From the NCBI GenBank assembly GCA_945877575.1, contig CAMDUE010000002.1:197861-261860 (forward strand): a DNA stretch of 64,000 bases, given 5' to 3'. The notes under the pieces were generated by a model. That model ran no database searches. It was not told the origin of the DNA and saw only the letters and a program-made list of their open reading frames with translations. The position numbers were made by a program, and so were the translations under genes. The stretch comes from Chitinophaga pinensis (GTDB lineage: Bacteria; Bacteroidota; Bacteroidia; NS11-12g; UBA955). Shown here piece after piece: positions 39,038 to 49,341 of this stretch (its first letter is position 1; each line of letters begins with the position of its first letter).

Positions 39038-39089
39038 AGATGTAAAATCAATGCGTTGCAACTTTGCATCGAACCTTTATTCAAATCTT

Positions 39090-42000
39090 ATGAAAAACTC
39101 GTACACTTTAAAAATCGAGGGCGTGAAGCCCGGAACCAAACGCCTCAAAGGCATGGCAATGGCATTATTATTAGGAATGGGAATCCCATTGAAGGCCCAA
39201 ACCTTTTTAGATGATTATCTGCAAAAGTTTAAGAAAGTTCAACCATCGCATGGATATTTATTGGAAAGTTTGGCTCCGCGATTCGATGCCGATGGCTATG
39301 CCTCAGATCCTCAATCGAAGGAAGCTGATTATTTGGTTGGATCGGAAGCGGTGAGAATGGCATTGATACAGAAGTATGGACTTGCCGAATATGATTACAG
39401 AGACAGCCTTCGAAGGGTATTGGAAGCAAAATATCTCTCTGAAGATGTGGTTCCCATCACCATTGTTGATATGATGTTTCAGAAAATCAATCCCATTTTA
39501 TCAAATGCAGGTCGATTAGAATATGATGATGATAGCAATTATGTGTTTAATTTAACTGGATTCACTGGTAATAAATACAAGGAACAATACATGTTGGTAG
39601 GGCATATTCCGGTGGAACAGCTTCGATGGGATCAAACCAAGTTTGTATTAGATAGCAATTTAATTCTGAGTAATTTTTCTGGCCAACCTTCAAAGCTGGG
39701 TTGGACTATGGTTGTCAATGGAAAGGAATTTCCGATACAGTTGAATGTACCCATGGAATTTCCTAAAGATTTGACAGGTTATAAATTTGAAATTAAAGCT
39801 GAAGTTGATTCTGGGAATGTGCGTTTGAAGGGAATAGGAATACCGCTGTGGAAATCACCAATGGTAGTGAAATTATGGGCGAAAATGGCACGTAAGGTAA
39901 ATCCATATCACAGCGATTTACCAAAAGTAGATGATCAAAATATCAGCATACATTTCTTTGAATTAGATGGAGTGAAAGCGCCTTGGAGAAAGGCCATGTA
40001 CACCATACACAAAGGTTTAGACGAATATGGTAAGCCAAGAATTTGCATGGCCAAGCCCCTAATATTGGTTGAAGGCATTGATTACGGTTACAAGGATTAT
40101 CCGAAGGGATTGAGAGACAATAAATACGGAGAGAATGGTTATGTAGACCTTCTGAAGGGAAAGACTTGGAATGTTCCAGCCCAATTGTGGGAAGACTGGG
40201 AGTCCATCAAAGATGCACCGCAAGTAATAGATCGATTGAGGAAAGAGGGATTTGATGTGGTTTACGTTGATTTTTACGACGGTGCGGAAGACATGAATTA
40301 CAATGCGGAGGTGTTGATTGGAGTGATGCAAGAGTTGCAGCGCTTATCGTGTGGAAATGAAATGCATGTAGTGGGTGTCAGCATGGGGGGAACAGTTGCG
40401 AAGCGGGCTTTGCGCTTAATGGAGCTTCGCAACATTCCTTCATGTGTTACCAGTTTTACTTCGTTTGATGCGCCTTACCAGGGTGCCAATTTACCACTCG
40501 GACTACAGCACGGGGTGCGTTATTTAAGAAATTCAGTAGGAGAATGCAATGATCTATTTCACCGAGTATTGAGACGTCCGGCAACATTGCAATTATTGGC
40601 TAATCATGAAAGTTCCAATTACAGAGGAGCTGAATACCGTAAACTTTGGATTAGGGAGGATTCGTTGTATGGGGGTTATCCCAAAAAACCTTGGTTATTT
40701 GCCATCACCAATGGCGGTAGCGGAGGAAAAGAAAGTCGTCAGAAATATGATAACACCACCTTTTTGGAACCCGGCATGACCATGTCGAGATTGAGTTTCA
40801 ACTTCATGGTTGCCTTGGGAATGGTGAATAACTACATCTACGATATATACGCAGAGAACTTTTACGATCGCAACAAAAAGGAATATTATTCAGGAAGAAT
40901 TCATTTTTTGTCAACCTTTAAATCGCACAAAGACAATCATTTATACGATCATGTTCAAGGTTCTTATGTAAAGAAACTGGGTTTCATGAAGAGTTTGACA
41001 AAGATTCCATTTTTTAAAGTTCCCTTTTTAACTGAGCAAATGTGTTTTGTTCCAACCATCAGTGCTTTGGATATTACCAAGGGCAATGCAGATGTTTCAG
41101 AGTTGAGTTTTGGTTTAAAAGACAGTGTTTTTGGACAAATATTGACTCAAGATTTGAAAACACCTTTCCATCAGGTTTACATACCCAAATCAAATCAGCC
41201 CCACGTTAAATTGGACAATTCCAAGGGAGGCAATATTGAGTGGTTGATAGGAAAATTGAAGTCAATTTCTCCATCGGAGATGCCCGTAGTTTTGAAGTAT
41301 GATTACAATGTAAGAAAAACTCACGAGCGTGCTTTTGCCAATGTAACAGTGAGGGGAGAGGCTTCTTTTGAGATAAACGGTGTGGGCAATAATCCTAAAA
41401 TTAGTACATCCGAAGAGAAGCAAAACAGAACCTTTGAAGTTAGAGATTTTTATGTTGGACAATGCGGTGGGTCTTGGTGGCAGGCGTTTGACAGTTCTAC
41501 TTTAGGATTGGGGCAACATATACAAGCGACAGTCTTAAGGGTTGGTTCTGGAAGCAGGGTAGACTTAAACGACCGAAGCAAATTTTTAGTGTCGGCAGGA
41601 AATAACAAATTAATTTTAGAAAAAGGCAGTCACTTGCAAATTGATGAAAATGCATCTTTGGTTATTGAAAATGGATCACAAGTAATTATTGAAGAGGGTG
41701 CTGAATTGATTTTTAAGAAAAAGGGTCAATTGATTTTAGATGGTCCGAATGCCATGTTGCATATTAAAGGTGATTTAATCTTAGACTCTGGAGTGGTTTT
41801 CGAACCCAAAAAGAGATGGAAGCAAGAGGTTGGATTGGTAAAATTCTCAGCACATGGATACGGTTATGGAAATGCACAGATATTGTCTAGAGATGAAGAA
41901 GTAGAATTGATCTTCAACGGAAACGGCAAGAAGGGTTCAAAGAATTTGCAAATCGAGGGAACGGTTGATTTCAGTGGCAAGGCTGGTGGTAAGGAGGTGA

Positions 42001-43244
42001 GGAGTTTGACAATTGATCGTTCTCAGGTTTGCTTTGCGCCGAGTTCTAAGTTATTCACCACCAGCTCATTGATTTTGATGGAATCGAAGTTTGACAAGGT
42101 TGAATGGGCGAGTAAGACTGCGGGAATCATTCAACACAAAGGGTCCTATTTTTATGCTAAGAATGTTGATTTCATTCATATGGATACTGCATTGATATAC
42201 GAATCAAAGTCAAACTTAGATGTTGCAAATTGTGAATTTGAGGAGAATTGGGTGGGTTTGTATTTGAATTATTACAATCCCAACGTAAGAAACTGCAAAT
42301 TCGAGAAGAATCACAACGCCTTGATCGTGAATATGATCATCAAAGATTTTAGCGTTCAAGAATGTGAATTCAAGAAGAATCAGACGGGATTGAAGATGAT
42401 GAATGATCGTGTTTGGATGGGTCGTGGTTATATTGAAAGCAGTTTGTTTCAGGAAAACTGGATTGGAGTTGATGCGCTGAAGGTAGACCTTACGTTAAAG
42501 TGCAACAGATTTGATTCAGATGCTTATTCTATTGTTCATTCGGGCGGTTATTTGAGAATGGATCATGACTCAAAATGGCAGAACGACGGGTTATTGAAGT
42601 CGGTCATTGGCGGATACAATGTTTTTGTGAATCCAAAGTATACTGGCATCAAATTGGATAACACTGAGCTATTCGCTGATGGTATGAATTATTTCTTCTA
42701 CAATAAGAAAAAGTACACCGGAACTGCATTTATTGAAGGAAGGGCATACGTTGATGAGAATGCAGATTATTACAACAATCAGAATGGTGAAGTTTCATTG
42801 GGAAGAAACATATGGAAGCCTATTTCTGATGAATTTGTAGCTGATAGTTTGAATCTTCAATTTGTGAGATTACACAGAAATGCCGATGGAAGTGGTGTTG
42901 TGAAAGTAACGGGAAAATTGGAGAAGACTTATCCTTCAGAAGCATGTTACAGTGCAAAAAAGCCTGAGGATTTGGATGGAATGAAGAGCACCTCGCCGAA
43001 TGGAGGTTCATTTGTTGGGGATGAGATTGAAGCGCCTAAATGGAAGGTAGTAAACGGCTTGGTTGTACTAGAGGTTGAGGAAGAGATGTTGGTGGAAGTG
43101 TACAACAGCAACGGTGTAAGGGTTTACCGTGGAAGAATCACTCCTGATACTTCTGAAATACCCTTAAGTACGGGAATTTACTTTCTGAGCACTCAAGTAG
43201 GTGGGGTTATTTCCACTCAAAAGATTGCAGTGTTAGAGGAGTAA
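39090..43244 (+). CDS. T9SS C-terminal-sorting-domain protein with lipase-like alpha/beta-hydrolase domain and parallel beta-helix repeats
   Basis: Signal peptide MAMALLLGMGIPLKAQ. GxSxG nucleophile elbow HVVGVSMGG. NCEFEEN/NCKFEKN beta-helix repeats. C-terminal Por-secretion tail ...GIYFLSTQVGGVISTQKIAVLEE. Confidence 0.7.
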   Translation: MKNSYTLKIEGVKPGTKRLKGMAMALLLGMGIPLKAQTFLDDYLQKFKKVQPSHGYLLESLAPRFDADGYASDPQSKEADYLVGSEAVRMALIQKYGLAEYDYRDSLRRVLEAKYLSEDVVPITIVDMMFQKINPILSNAGRLEYDDDSNYVFNLTGFTGNKYKEQYMLVGHIPVEQLRWDQTKFVLDSNLILSNFSGQPSKLGWTMVVNGKEFPIQLNVPMEFPKDLTGYKFEIKAEVDSGNVRLKGIGIPLWKSPMVVKLWAKMARKVNPYHSDLPKVDDQNISIHFFELDGVKAPWRKAMYTIHKGLDEYGKPRICMAKPLILVEGIDYGYKDYPKGLRDNKYGENGYVDLLKGKTWNVPAQLWEDWESIKDAPQVIDRLRKEGFDVVYVDFYDGAEDMNYNAEVLIGVMQELQRLSCGNEMHVVGVSMGGTVAKRALRLMELRNIPSCVTSFTSFDAPYQGANLPLGLQHGVRYLRNSVGECNDLFHRVLRRPATLQLLANHESSNYRGAEYRKLWIREDSLYGGYPKKPWLFAITNGGSGGKESRQKYDNTTFLEPGMTMSRLSFNFMVALGMVNNYIYDIYAENFYDRNKKEYYSGRIHFLSTFKSHKDNHLYDHVQGSYVKKLGFMKSLTKIPFFKVPFLTEQMCFVPTISALDITKGNADVSELSFGLKDSVFGQILTQDLKTPFHQVYIPKSNQPHVKLDNSKGGNIEWLIGKLKSISPSEMPVVLKYDYNVRKTHERAFANVTVRGEASFEINGVGNNPKISTSEEKQNRTFEVRDFYVGQCGGSWWQAFDSSTLGLGQHIQATVLRVGSGSRVDLNDRSKFLVSAGNNKLILEKGSHLQIDENASLVIENGSQVIIEEGAELIFKKKGQLILDGPNAMLHIKGDLILDSGVVFEPKKRWKQEVGLVKFSAHGYGYGNAQILSRDEEVELIFNGNGKKGSKNLQIEGTVDFSGKAGGKEVRSLTIDRSQVCFAPSSKLFTTSSLILMESKFDKVEWASKTAGIIQHKGSYFYAKNVDFIHMDTALIYESKSNLDVANCEFEENWVGLYLNYYNPNVRNCKFEKNHNALIVNMIIKDFSVQECEFKKNQTGLKMMNDRVWMGRGYIESSLFQENWIGVDALKVDLTLKCNRFDSDAYSIVHSGGYLRMDHDSKWQNDGLLKSVIGGYNVFVNPKYTGIKLDNTELFADGMNYFFYNKKKYTGTAFIEGRAYVDENADYYNNQNGEVSLGRNIWKPISDEFVADSLNLQFVRLHRNADGSGVVKVTGKLEKTYPSEACYSAKKPEDLDGMKSTSPNGGSFVGDEIEAPKWKVVNGLVVLEVEEEMLVEVYNSNGVRVYRGRITPDTSEIPLSTGIYFLSTQVGGVISTQKIAVLEE

Positions 43245-43260
43245 TTCTTGGTAGGTTAGA

Positions 43261-43316
43261 CCGAAGCAACTGAGTGAAATTGATTGGTGGAGAGAAGGTT
43301 GCTTCGGTTTTTTTTA
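43261..43316 (+). terminator. Putative intrinsic terminator (10-bp stem CCGAAGCAAC/GTTGCTTCGG, T8)
   Basis: Seen directly. The loop is large (27 nt). Confidence 0.45.
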
Positions 43317-43393
43317 GTAAATAAACGGTTAAAATAACATACAGTTGAAAATGAAGGGGTTATCACTCGGTTGGTTAGTTGTAATTTTGGAGA

Positions 43394-44830
43394 ATGAAAT
43401 TAACCTTTTGGGGTGCAGCTCAACAAGTAACGGGAAGTATGCATTTGGTAGAGTTGGAAAGCGGCACGAAAATTTTGATAGACTGCGGACTAGATTACGA
43501 GAATAGAAAAGAGTTTGAAGATAAGAATGCTTCTTTTCCCTTCAAGGCAGCAGATATTGACTTATTGATATTAACACACGCACATATTGATCATTCAGGA
43601 AATGTCCCCAACTTAATCAAGCAAGGATTTTCTGGAAGGGTATTTTGTTCGGGTCCAACTTTAGAATTGAGTGGGTATTTGTTGCAAGACAGTTTAAACA
43701 TCCAGATGATGGAAGTGAGGAAGAAAAGGAAGATTTATTTCCGAAACAAAAAGAAGAAAACTGCCAAGGGTGGAGTTCCAGAGGCTTTATACAATAAGTC
43801 TCACATTGAAGATTTTGTGGAAATGGCTTATGCAATGGAACCAGGTCAAGTTTATGAATATAATGAAGAATTGAAGTTAGAGTTTTTCCCTTCAGGACAT
43901 ATTTTGGGAGCGATAAGTGTAAAAATCAGCGCTTTTGAGAACGGAGATTGGATTCATTTAGGACTAACGGGCGACTTAGGTAATACCAATTCCAAATTGG
44001 TTCCTGATCCAGAGTTTATGCACGGCCTCGATTATTTGGTTTCAGAAAGCACTTATGGCGGTAGAAAGCACTTAAACGAGCCCGAAAAGGCGGAAGAGAT
44101 AATGTTGAGAGAAGTGATGGATACTTGTGTGGAGCGAAAAGGAAAATTGGTGATTCCTGCTTTTTCTGTTGGTAGAACACAGGCTATTTTATTCACTTTG
44201 AATCAGTTGTATCAAGATGGAAAATTCCCTAAGGTTAAGGTGTTTACAGATAGTCCTTTAGCCATTAAATCTACCCGAATTTATCAAAATTACACTGAGT
44301 TTTTGAATGAGGAAGCGCAAGAATTCTCAAGAAAACACGGCAGTTTGTTTAGTTTCCCTTTGTTGCATGTGGTGGAAGATGAGCGTGAAAGTGAATACTT
44401 AAGTGTATTGCCTGAGCCTTGTGTTATTGTATCGGCGGCGGGTATGGTTGAAGGTGGAAGAATTCAGATGCACGTTCGAAATAATGTTGGACACCCAGAA
44501 AACACCATTTTAATTGCTGGATTTTGTGCAGAAAATACGTTGGGAGATCGATTATTAAAAGGACAAAGCTTCGTTGAAATCAATCAAAAGGAACGTCCGG
44601 TGCACGCTGCAATTAGACGTACTGATGTATTTTCAGCACATCCTGATCACGCGCAATTGGTAAACTATTTTGAAGAAACACAAAAAAGGGGCAATCTTAA
44701 GAAGCTGTTTTTAGTACATGGAGATAAATATCAGATGCAACTATTGAAAACGGATTTGGATGGAAATGCTGATTTTGTGAATGTAGAAGTTGAGACGCCT
44801 TTGCGTGGACAACAGTTTATATTGAATTAA
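43394..44830 (+). CDS. MBL-fold metallo-hydrolase, beta-CASP family (RNA-metabolising)
   Basis: LILTHAHIDHSGNVPNL. Beta-CASP length and architecture. Confidence 0.7.
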   Translation: MKLTFWGAAQQVTGSMHLVELESGTKILIDCGLDYENRKEFEDKNASFPFKAADIDLLILTHAHIDHSGNVPNLIKQGFSGRVFCSGPTLELSGYLLQDSLNIQMMEVRKKRKIYFRNKKKKTAKGGVPEALYNKSHIEDFVEMAYAMEPGQVYEYNEELKLEFFPSGHILGAISVKISAFENGDWIHLGLTGDLGNTNSKLVPDPEFMHGLDYLVSESTYGGRKHLNEPEKAEEIMLREVMDTCVERKGKLVIPAFSVGRTQAILFTLNQLYQDGKFPKVKVFTDSPLAIKSTRIYQNYTEFLNEEAQEFSRKHGSLFSFPLLHVVEDERESEYLSVLPEPCVIVSAAGMVEGGRIQMHVRNNVGHPENTILIAGFCAENTLGDRLLKGQSFVEINQKERPVHAAIRRTDVFSAHPDHAQLVNYFEETQKRGNLKKLFLVHGDKYQMQLLKTDLDGNADFVNVEVETPLRGQQFILN

Positions 44831-44836
44831 AAAGGT

Positions 44837-45868
44837 ATGGGTACAGCAGGGATTTCATTTATTTTTTTAAGTATAATCTTGCTGTTTTTGCTTTTTGGTT
44901 ATTCGTTAATTAGCGAATTGCGAATTCGCTTTGCGCATGCAGTTGGCACTCGAAAACGAGCAATTTTACCTACTGTGGTAGTTGGGAATTTAACCGTTGG
45001 AGGGTCTGGAAAAACCCCTTTTGTTCAATATTTGTCTCATAAACTGACTAAGAATGCTGTTTTATTGAGAGGATATCGAAGAAAAACCAAGGGTTTTATA
45101 GAGGTAAATTCAATGCATGATGTTCTTGATGTGGGTGATGAGGCATTGGAACATTTTCAACAAGAATTGAAGGTTTTTGTAGGTGAGAATAGAATTGAGG
45201 CGGTTGAAAAGATTCATCAAACAGATAATGATTTAGAATTAGTCATTCTAGATGATGGTCTTCAGCATGTTGCATTGGAACCCCATTATGGGTTGCTTTT
45301 GACGGATTATCAGCATCCGTTTTGGAATGAGAAATTTTCGATTCCATTCGGAAAATTGAGACAATTTAAAAGCTCGGCACATGATTTTGATGCATGGGTA
45401 GTAACAAAATGTCCGTTGAATATTTCTAAAATAGAAATGGATGAAATAAGATCTAAAACAGAAATGCCGGTCTTTTTTGCAAATTACAAAACCAGTGAAC
45501 TAAAGCAATGTTACGGGGCTAAACATCCAGTAGGTGAAGGATTGAAATGGGGATTAATTACTGGAATTGTAAATGGTAGGAGGTTGAGACTAACACTTGA
45601 AAGCAGAGATTTGAATGTTGTTAGACATTGGGAATATTCAGATCATTATTTGTTTGGTAAAGAGGATCTATTTCGTTGGATTGCTGATAGTAAGGATGAA
45701 GGAATAGTTGCTTGGATTTGCAGCAGGAAAGATTTCATGAGAATGAAGACATTGTTAGAAGAAATTGAAGTTGATGTTCCTATTTTTGAGGTACATACGG
45801 AAGTCGAGATTCTTAATTCTGAGGAAGAAGTATTGTTAAATTTAATTAAAGCGAAAACACACAAATGA
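44837..45868 (+). CDS. lpxK: Tetraacyldisaccharide 4'-kinase
   Basis: P-loop VVVGNLTVGGSGKTP. Confidence 0.8.
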   Translation: MGTAGISFIFLSIILLFLLFGYSLISELRIRFAHAVGTRKRAILPTVVVGNLTVGGSGKTPFVQYLSHKLTKNAVLLRGYRRKTKGFIEVNSMHDVLDVGDEALEHFQQELKVFVGENRIEAVEKIHQTDNDLELVILDDGLQHVALEPHYGLLLTDYQHPFWNEKFSIPFGKLRQFKSSAHDFDAWVVTKCPLNISKIEMDEIRSKTEMPVFFANYKTSELKQCYGAKHPVGEGLKWGLITGIVNGRRLRLTLESRDLNVVRHWEYSDHYLFGKEDLFRWIADSKDEGIVAWICSRKDFMRMKTLLEEIEVDVPIFEVHTEVEILNSEEEVLLNLIKAKTHK

Positions 45869-46341
45869 AAAAGAGAATATCCTATTTATTGGCATTATTA
45901 GTTTTGATGTTGGTATCATGTAAGCCATCTGAGAATATAGTTTTTGAGGAGTTTCAAGAGGTAAATGCAAATGGTTGGAATTGGAAAGAAGGTAATACTT
46001 TTGAATTTGAAATAACGGATGATCAACATTATTATACGTTGCTTACGGGATTGAGAGTAACAACTCAATATTCGTACAGCAATATTTGGTTCATGTATAG
46101 CATTAAGAGTGGTAAAGAGGAGAGAAAAGACCAGTTTCAAATGGTGTTGAGTGATAATTTAGGAAAATGGTTGGGTGATGGAGTGGGTAATTTGATATCC
46201 TTTCAACAGCCATTTTTGCAGAATATTAAATTCAAGAAAGGTAAATACCGGATTGAGTTTAATCAAAATATGCGCGACGAAAATTTGGAAGCGGTAAATA
46301 ATATTGGATTTCAAATTGTAAAAGGACCATTGATATTGTAA
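45865..46341 (+). CDS. Lipoprotein, GldH-like (gliding-motility-associated)
   Basis: Lipobox LVSCK. About 158 aa. Conserved YSYSNIWF and LGKWLGDGVGN blocks, recalled from the GldH family. Confidence 0.45.
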   Translation: MKKRISYLLALLVLMLVSCKPSENIVFEEFQEVNANGWNWKEGNTFEFEITDDQHYYTLLTGLRVTTQYSYSNIWFMYSIKSGKEERKDQFQMVLSDNLGKWLGDGVGNLISFQQPFLQNIKFKKGKYRIEFNQNMRDENLEAVNNIGFQIVKGPLIL

Positions 46342-46361
46342 AGAAAACGTGAGGAGGAAAT

Positions 46362-47909
46362 ATGGTTATAAAAGGATTCGCTTCTGCTTTGATAGGGGTA
46401 GAAGCAAAGACAGTCACGGTTGAGGCAAATGCTACAACCACCCCAGATTTTGCAACATTTATTATAGGATTACCGGATGTTTCGGTGCGAGAAAGTTTGT
46501 TTCGGTGTGATGCGGCTATAAGAAATTCTGGCTTTCAGCCGTTGAGGCAGAAAATTGTCATTAATCTAGCACCTGCCGATATTAAGAAAGAAGGCAGTTC
46601 CTATGATTTACCCATTGCTCTAAGCATGTTGGCGGCAGCATTTCAGATTGAAGCCGAACCCTTGGAAAAATTTGTGGTTTTAGGTGAGTTGGGTTTAGAT
46701 GGTAGCGTATTACCTATTCGAGGTGCTTTGCCTATGGCAATTCAGGCTTTGAAGGAGAAATTCAAAGGGGTTATTGTTCCTATTCAGAATGCTTTAGAGG
46801 CCGCTATAGTCAAAGACATTGAGGTTTATGGGGTACACAATTTGAGAGAGGCAGTTGATGTACTTGAAGGTCGGGGCAACATCAAAAGGGCAATTGCTGA
46901 TCCCCGAGGGGATTATGAAGCAGCTATTGAGGAGGTTGAGTTTGATTTTTCTCAGGTAGTTGGCCAGGAGCATGCGAAGCGAGCATTGGAAATTGCCGTT
47001 GCTGGCGGACATAATGCGCTGATGTTTGGTCCTCCAGGAACAGGAAAAACCATGATGGCGCGTTGTTTGCCGGGAATTATGCCACCAATGAGTTTGGTAG
47101 AGGCTTTAGAGATTACGAAAATTCATTCTATTGCTGGGAAGTTGGCTGAAAATGCCAAATTGATGGCAAAAAGACCGTTTCGTTCACCTCACCATTCATT
47201 GACAGAGCACGGATTGATTGGTGGTGGGAATCAAGCGTTGCCAGGAGAAATTACTTTGGCTCACAATGGGGTGCTTTTTTTGGATGAAATTCCTGAATTC
47301 AAGAGACCGGTATTAGAACTTTTAAGACAACCTTTGGAGGAACGGAAAATTACGCTGAATAGAACAAAATATTCGATTGATTATCCGGCGTCGTTTATGC
47401 TTATTGGAAGTATGAACCCTTGTCCTTGTGGTTACAACGGTCATCCCACCAAGGAGTGCACGTGTGCACCTGGGAATATTGCGAGGTACATGAGTAAAAT
47501 TTCTGGACCGTTATTGGACCGAATGGATATTCACGTGGAGGTTTCATCTATTGATGCGGAGAGGGTTGTGAATGGTGAAGATTCAGAAAGTAGTGCGGAG
47601 ATCAGGAAGAGGGTTGTTCAAGCAAGACAGTTCCAGTTGGAAAGGTATAAGAAGGCAGGATTGAGTTTTCGAACGAATGCCGAACTCACGGTTAACCATG
47701 TTCGGGAGGTTTGTAAAATACCCCAGACAGCGGAATTATTGTTGAAGGCTGCTATACAGAAATTGGGATTGAGCGTAAGAGCTCATGATCGAATATTAAA
47801 ATTGAGCAGAACCATTGCTGATTTGGAGCAATTGGAAGACATTCAATTGGAACACGTGGCCGAAGCCATCCATTTAAGAGGATTAGATAGAGAATCTACC
47901 GGGAATTAG
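46362..47909 (+). CDS. comM: YifB/ComM family Mg-chelatase-like AAA ATPase
   Basis: Lon-like N-domain. Walker A GPPGTGKT. 515 aa. Confidence 0.85.
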   Translation: MVIKGFASALIGVEAKTVTVEANATTTPDFATFIIGLPDVSVRESLFRCDAAIRNSGFQPLRQKIVINLAPADIKKEGSSYDLPIALSMLAAAFQIEAEPLEKFVVLGELGLDGSVLPIRGALPMAIQALKEKFKGVIVPIQNALEAAIVKDIEVYGVHNLREAVDVLEGRGNIKRAIADPRGDYEAAIEEVEFDFSQVVGQEHAKRALEIAVAGGHNALMFGPPGTGKTMMARCLPGIMPPMSLVEALEITKIHSIAGKLAENAKLMAKRPFRSPHHSLTEHGLIGGGNQALPGEITLAHNGVLFLDEIPEFKRPVLELLRQPLEERKITLNRTKYSIDYPASFMLIGSMNPCPCGYNGHPTKECTCAPGNIARYMSKISGPLLDRMDIHVEVSSIDAERVVNGEDSESSAEIRKRVVQARQFQLERYKKAGLSFRTNAELTVNHVREVCKIPQTAELLLKAAIQKLGLSVRAHDRILKLSRTIADLEQLEDIQLEHVAEAIHLRGLDRESTGN

Positions 47910-48688
47910 CGCCCTTTAAATTCAGGTTTGCGTTTTTCATTGAAGGCGGTTACACCTTCTTTGTAATCTTCAGATCTACCGGCAATTTCTTGGCAATATG
48001 CTTCGTATTGGAGCATGGTGTCAAGGTCAGAATGTGCAGCTTTATTGAGCATTTGCTTGATCATGCCAATTGATTTAGTGGGCGCCAATGCATAATACTG
48101 GGCAATTTGATCAATGGTTTCATCAAAAGATTCATCTGTACAAACACGGTTAATTAATCCCCATTCTAGGGCTTGTTGAGCTGAGATTTTTGGGGCCATG
48201 GTAGCCATTTCGAAAGCTCTTGCGGGGCTGATGGCTTTTGGCAAAAAGTAACTGCTGCCACTATCGGGAACTAAACCAACATTAACAAACACTTCAATGA
48301 GAGAGGCTTTTTCATTTGCAACAATAAAATCACAGGCTAAGGCAAGAGATGCGCCAGCGCCAGCTGCTACTCCATTGAGTCTGCAAATGATGGGCTTAGG
48401 AAGCTCTCTCATGGCTTTAATGATGGGATTGTAGCGTTTGTATAGACTATCGGAAAGTGATCTGTTTTTGGATCCTGCTATGGCTTTAAGATCTTGCCCG
48501 CTGCAAAAAGCTTTTCCTGCACCGGTAAGAACTATAACGCGGACTTCAGAATCTTTTTTAACTTCCTTTAGAACTGCTTGGAGGTCATAGCTCTGTTCAT
48601 CGTTGAAGGCATTGAAAACATCGGGGCGGTTCAAAGTAACGTAGGCTACGGAACCCTTTTTTTCGTACAAAACGCAGGTCAAGTCCAT
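47906..48688 (-). CDS. Enoyl-CoA hydratase/isomerase family protein
   Basis: VAYVTLNRPDVFNAFN...CSGQDL crotonase fold. Confidence 0.85.
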   Translation of the reverse strand: MDLTCVLYEKKGSVAYVTLNRPDVFNAFNDEQSYDLQAVLKEVKKDSEVRVIVLTGAGKAFCSGQDLKAIAGSKNRSLSDSLYKRYNPIIKAMRELPKPIICRLNGVAAGAGASLALACDFIVANEKASLIEVFVNVGLVPDSGSSYFLPKAISPARAFEMATMAPKISAQQALEWGLINRVCTDESFDETIDQIAQYYALAPTKSIGMIKQMLNKAAHSDLDTMLQYEAYCQEIAGRSEDYKEGVTAFNEKRKPEFKGR

Positions 48689-48753
48689 GGTTCAAAGTTA
48701 AGTCAGGGAATTTAAATGTGCTATTAGAGAATTGGAATAACCATGAATTAAGA

Positions 48754-49332
48754 CTAACGCCATAAACTATAGGCCCATTGATTGATGAAAACAATTGCAA
48801 TGCCCATGGTGAATCCAGCAATTAGTTCAATGGGGGTATGTGCTTTTACTTTGAATCTTGAATATGCTACCAACGCAATTGAGGTTAAGCTGATTAAAAG
48901 TCCTAAGGAAGAAAAAAATAGAGGTTGGTCAAGGGTGAAATAGGCAAGAAATCCTGTAATTGACATTACGTGAATGGAGATTTTGAATTTGAGGTTGTTA
49001 AAAATAAACTGGGTAAGCAATGAGACAAAAATGAGTTGATTCCAAAACTTGAGGGTTTGATCTGAAATAATAAGGAACTGAAAAACAAGTCCACAAGCGG
49101 CTGCAACTGCAACGGTTTTGATGCGCGACGATAATTCAGGAAGGTCAATGCTTTTGGTTTGACCAGATTTCAAAAGATAGATAACAAAAATCAGAGGAAT
49201 TAAAGAATGGAGGATAAGAGAAGCAGTTATACTTGATAATAAAGAATCAGGTATAGGGTTTAGAATGGCTACGCCTATGGTTGCCCAGAGCGCAGGATAG
49301 GTTAAGTAGGATATGATTTTGTACGGATTCAT
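48754..49332 (-). CDS. Membrane protein, possible degenerate PAP2-like phosphatase
   Basis: Six hydrophobic helices. SRFKVKAHTPIELIAG resembles PAP2 motif 3. Confidence 0.35.
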   Translation of the reverse strand: MNPYKIISYLTYPALWATIGVAILNPIPDSLLSSITASLILHSLIPLIFVIYLLKSGQTKSIDLPELSSRIKTVAVAAACGLVFQFLIISDQTLKFWNQLIFVSLLTQFIFNNLKFKISIHVMSITGFLAYFTLDQPLFFSSLGLLISLTSIALVAYSRFKVKAHTPIELIAGFTMGIAIVFINQWAYSLWR

Positions 49333-49341
49333 ATTTTAAAA

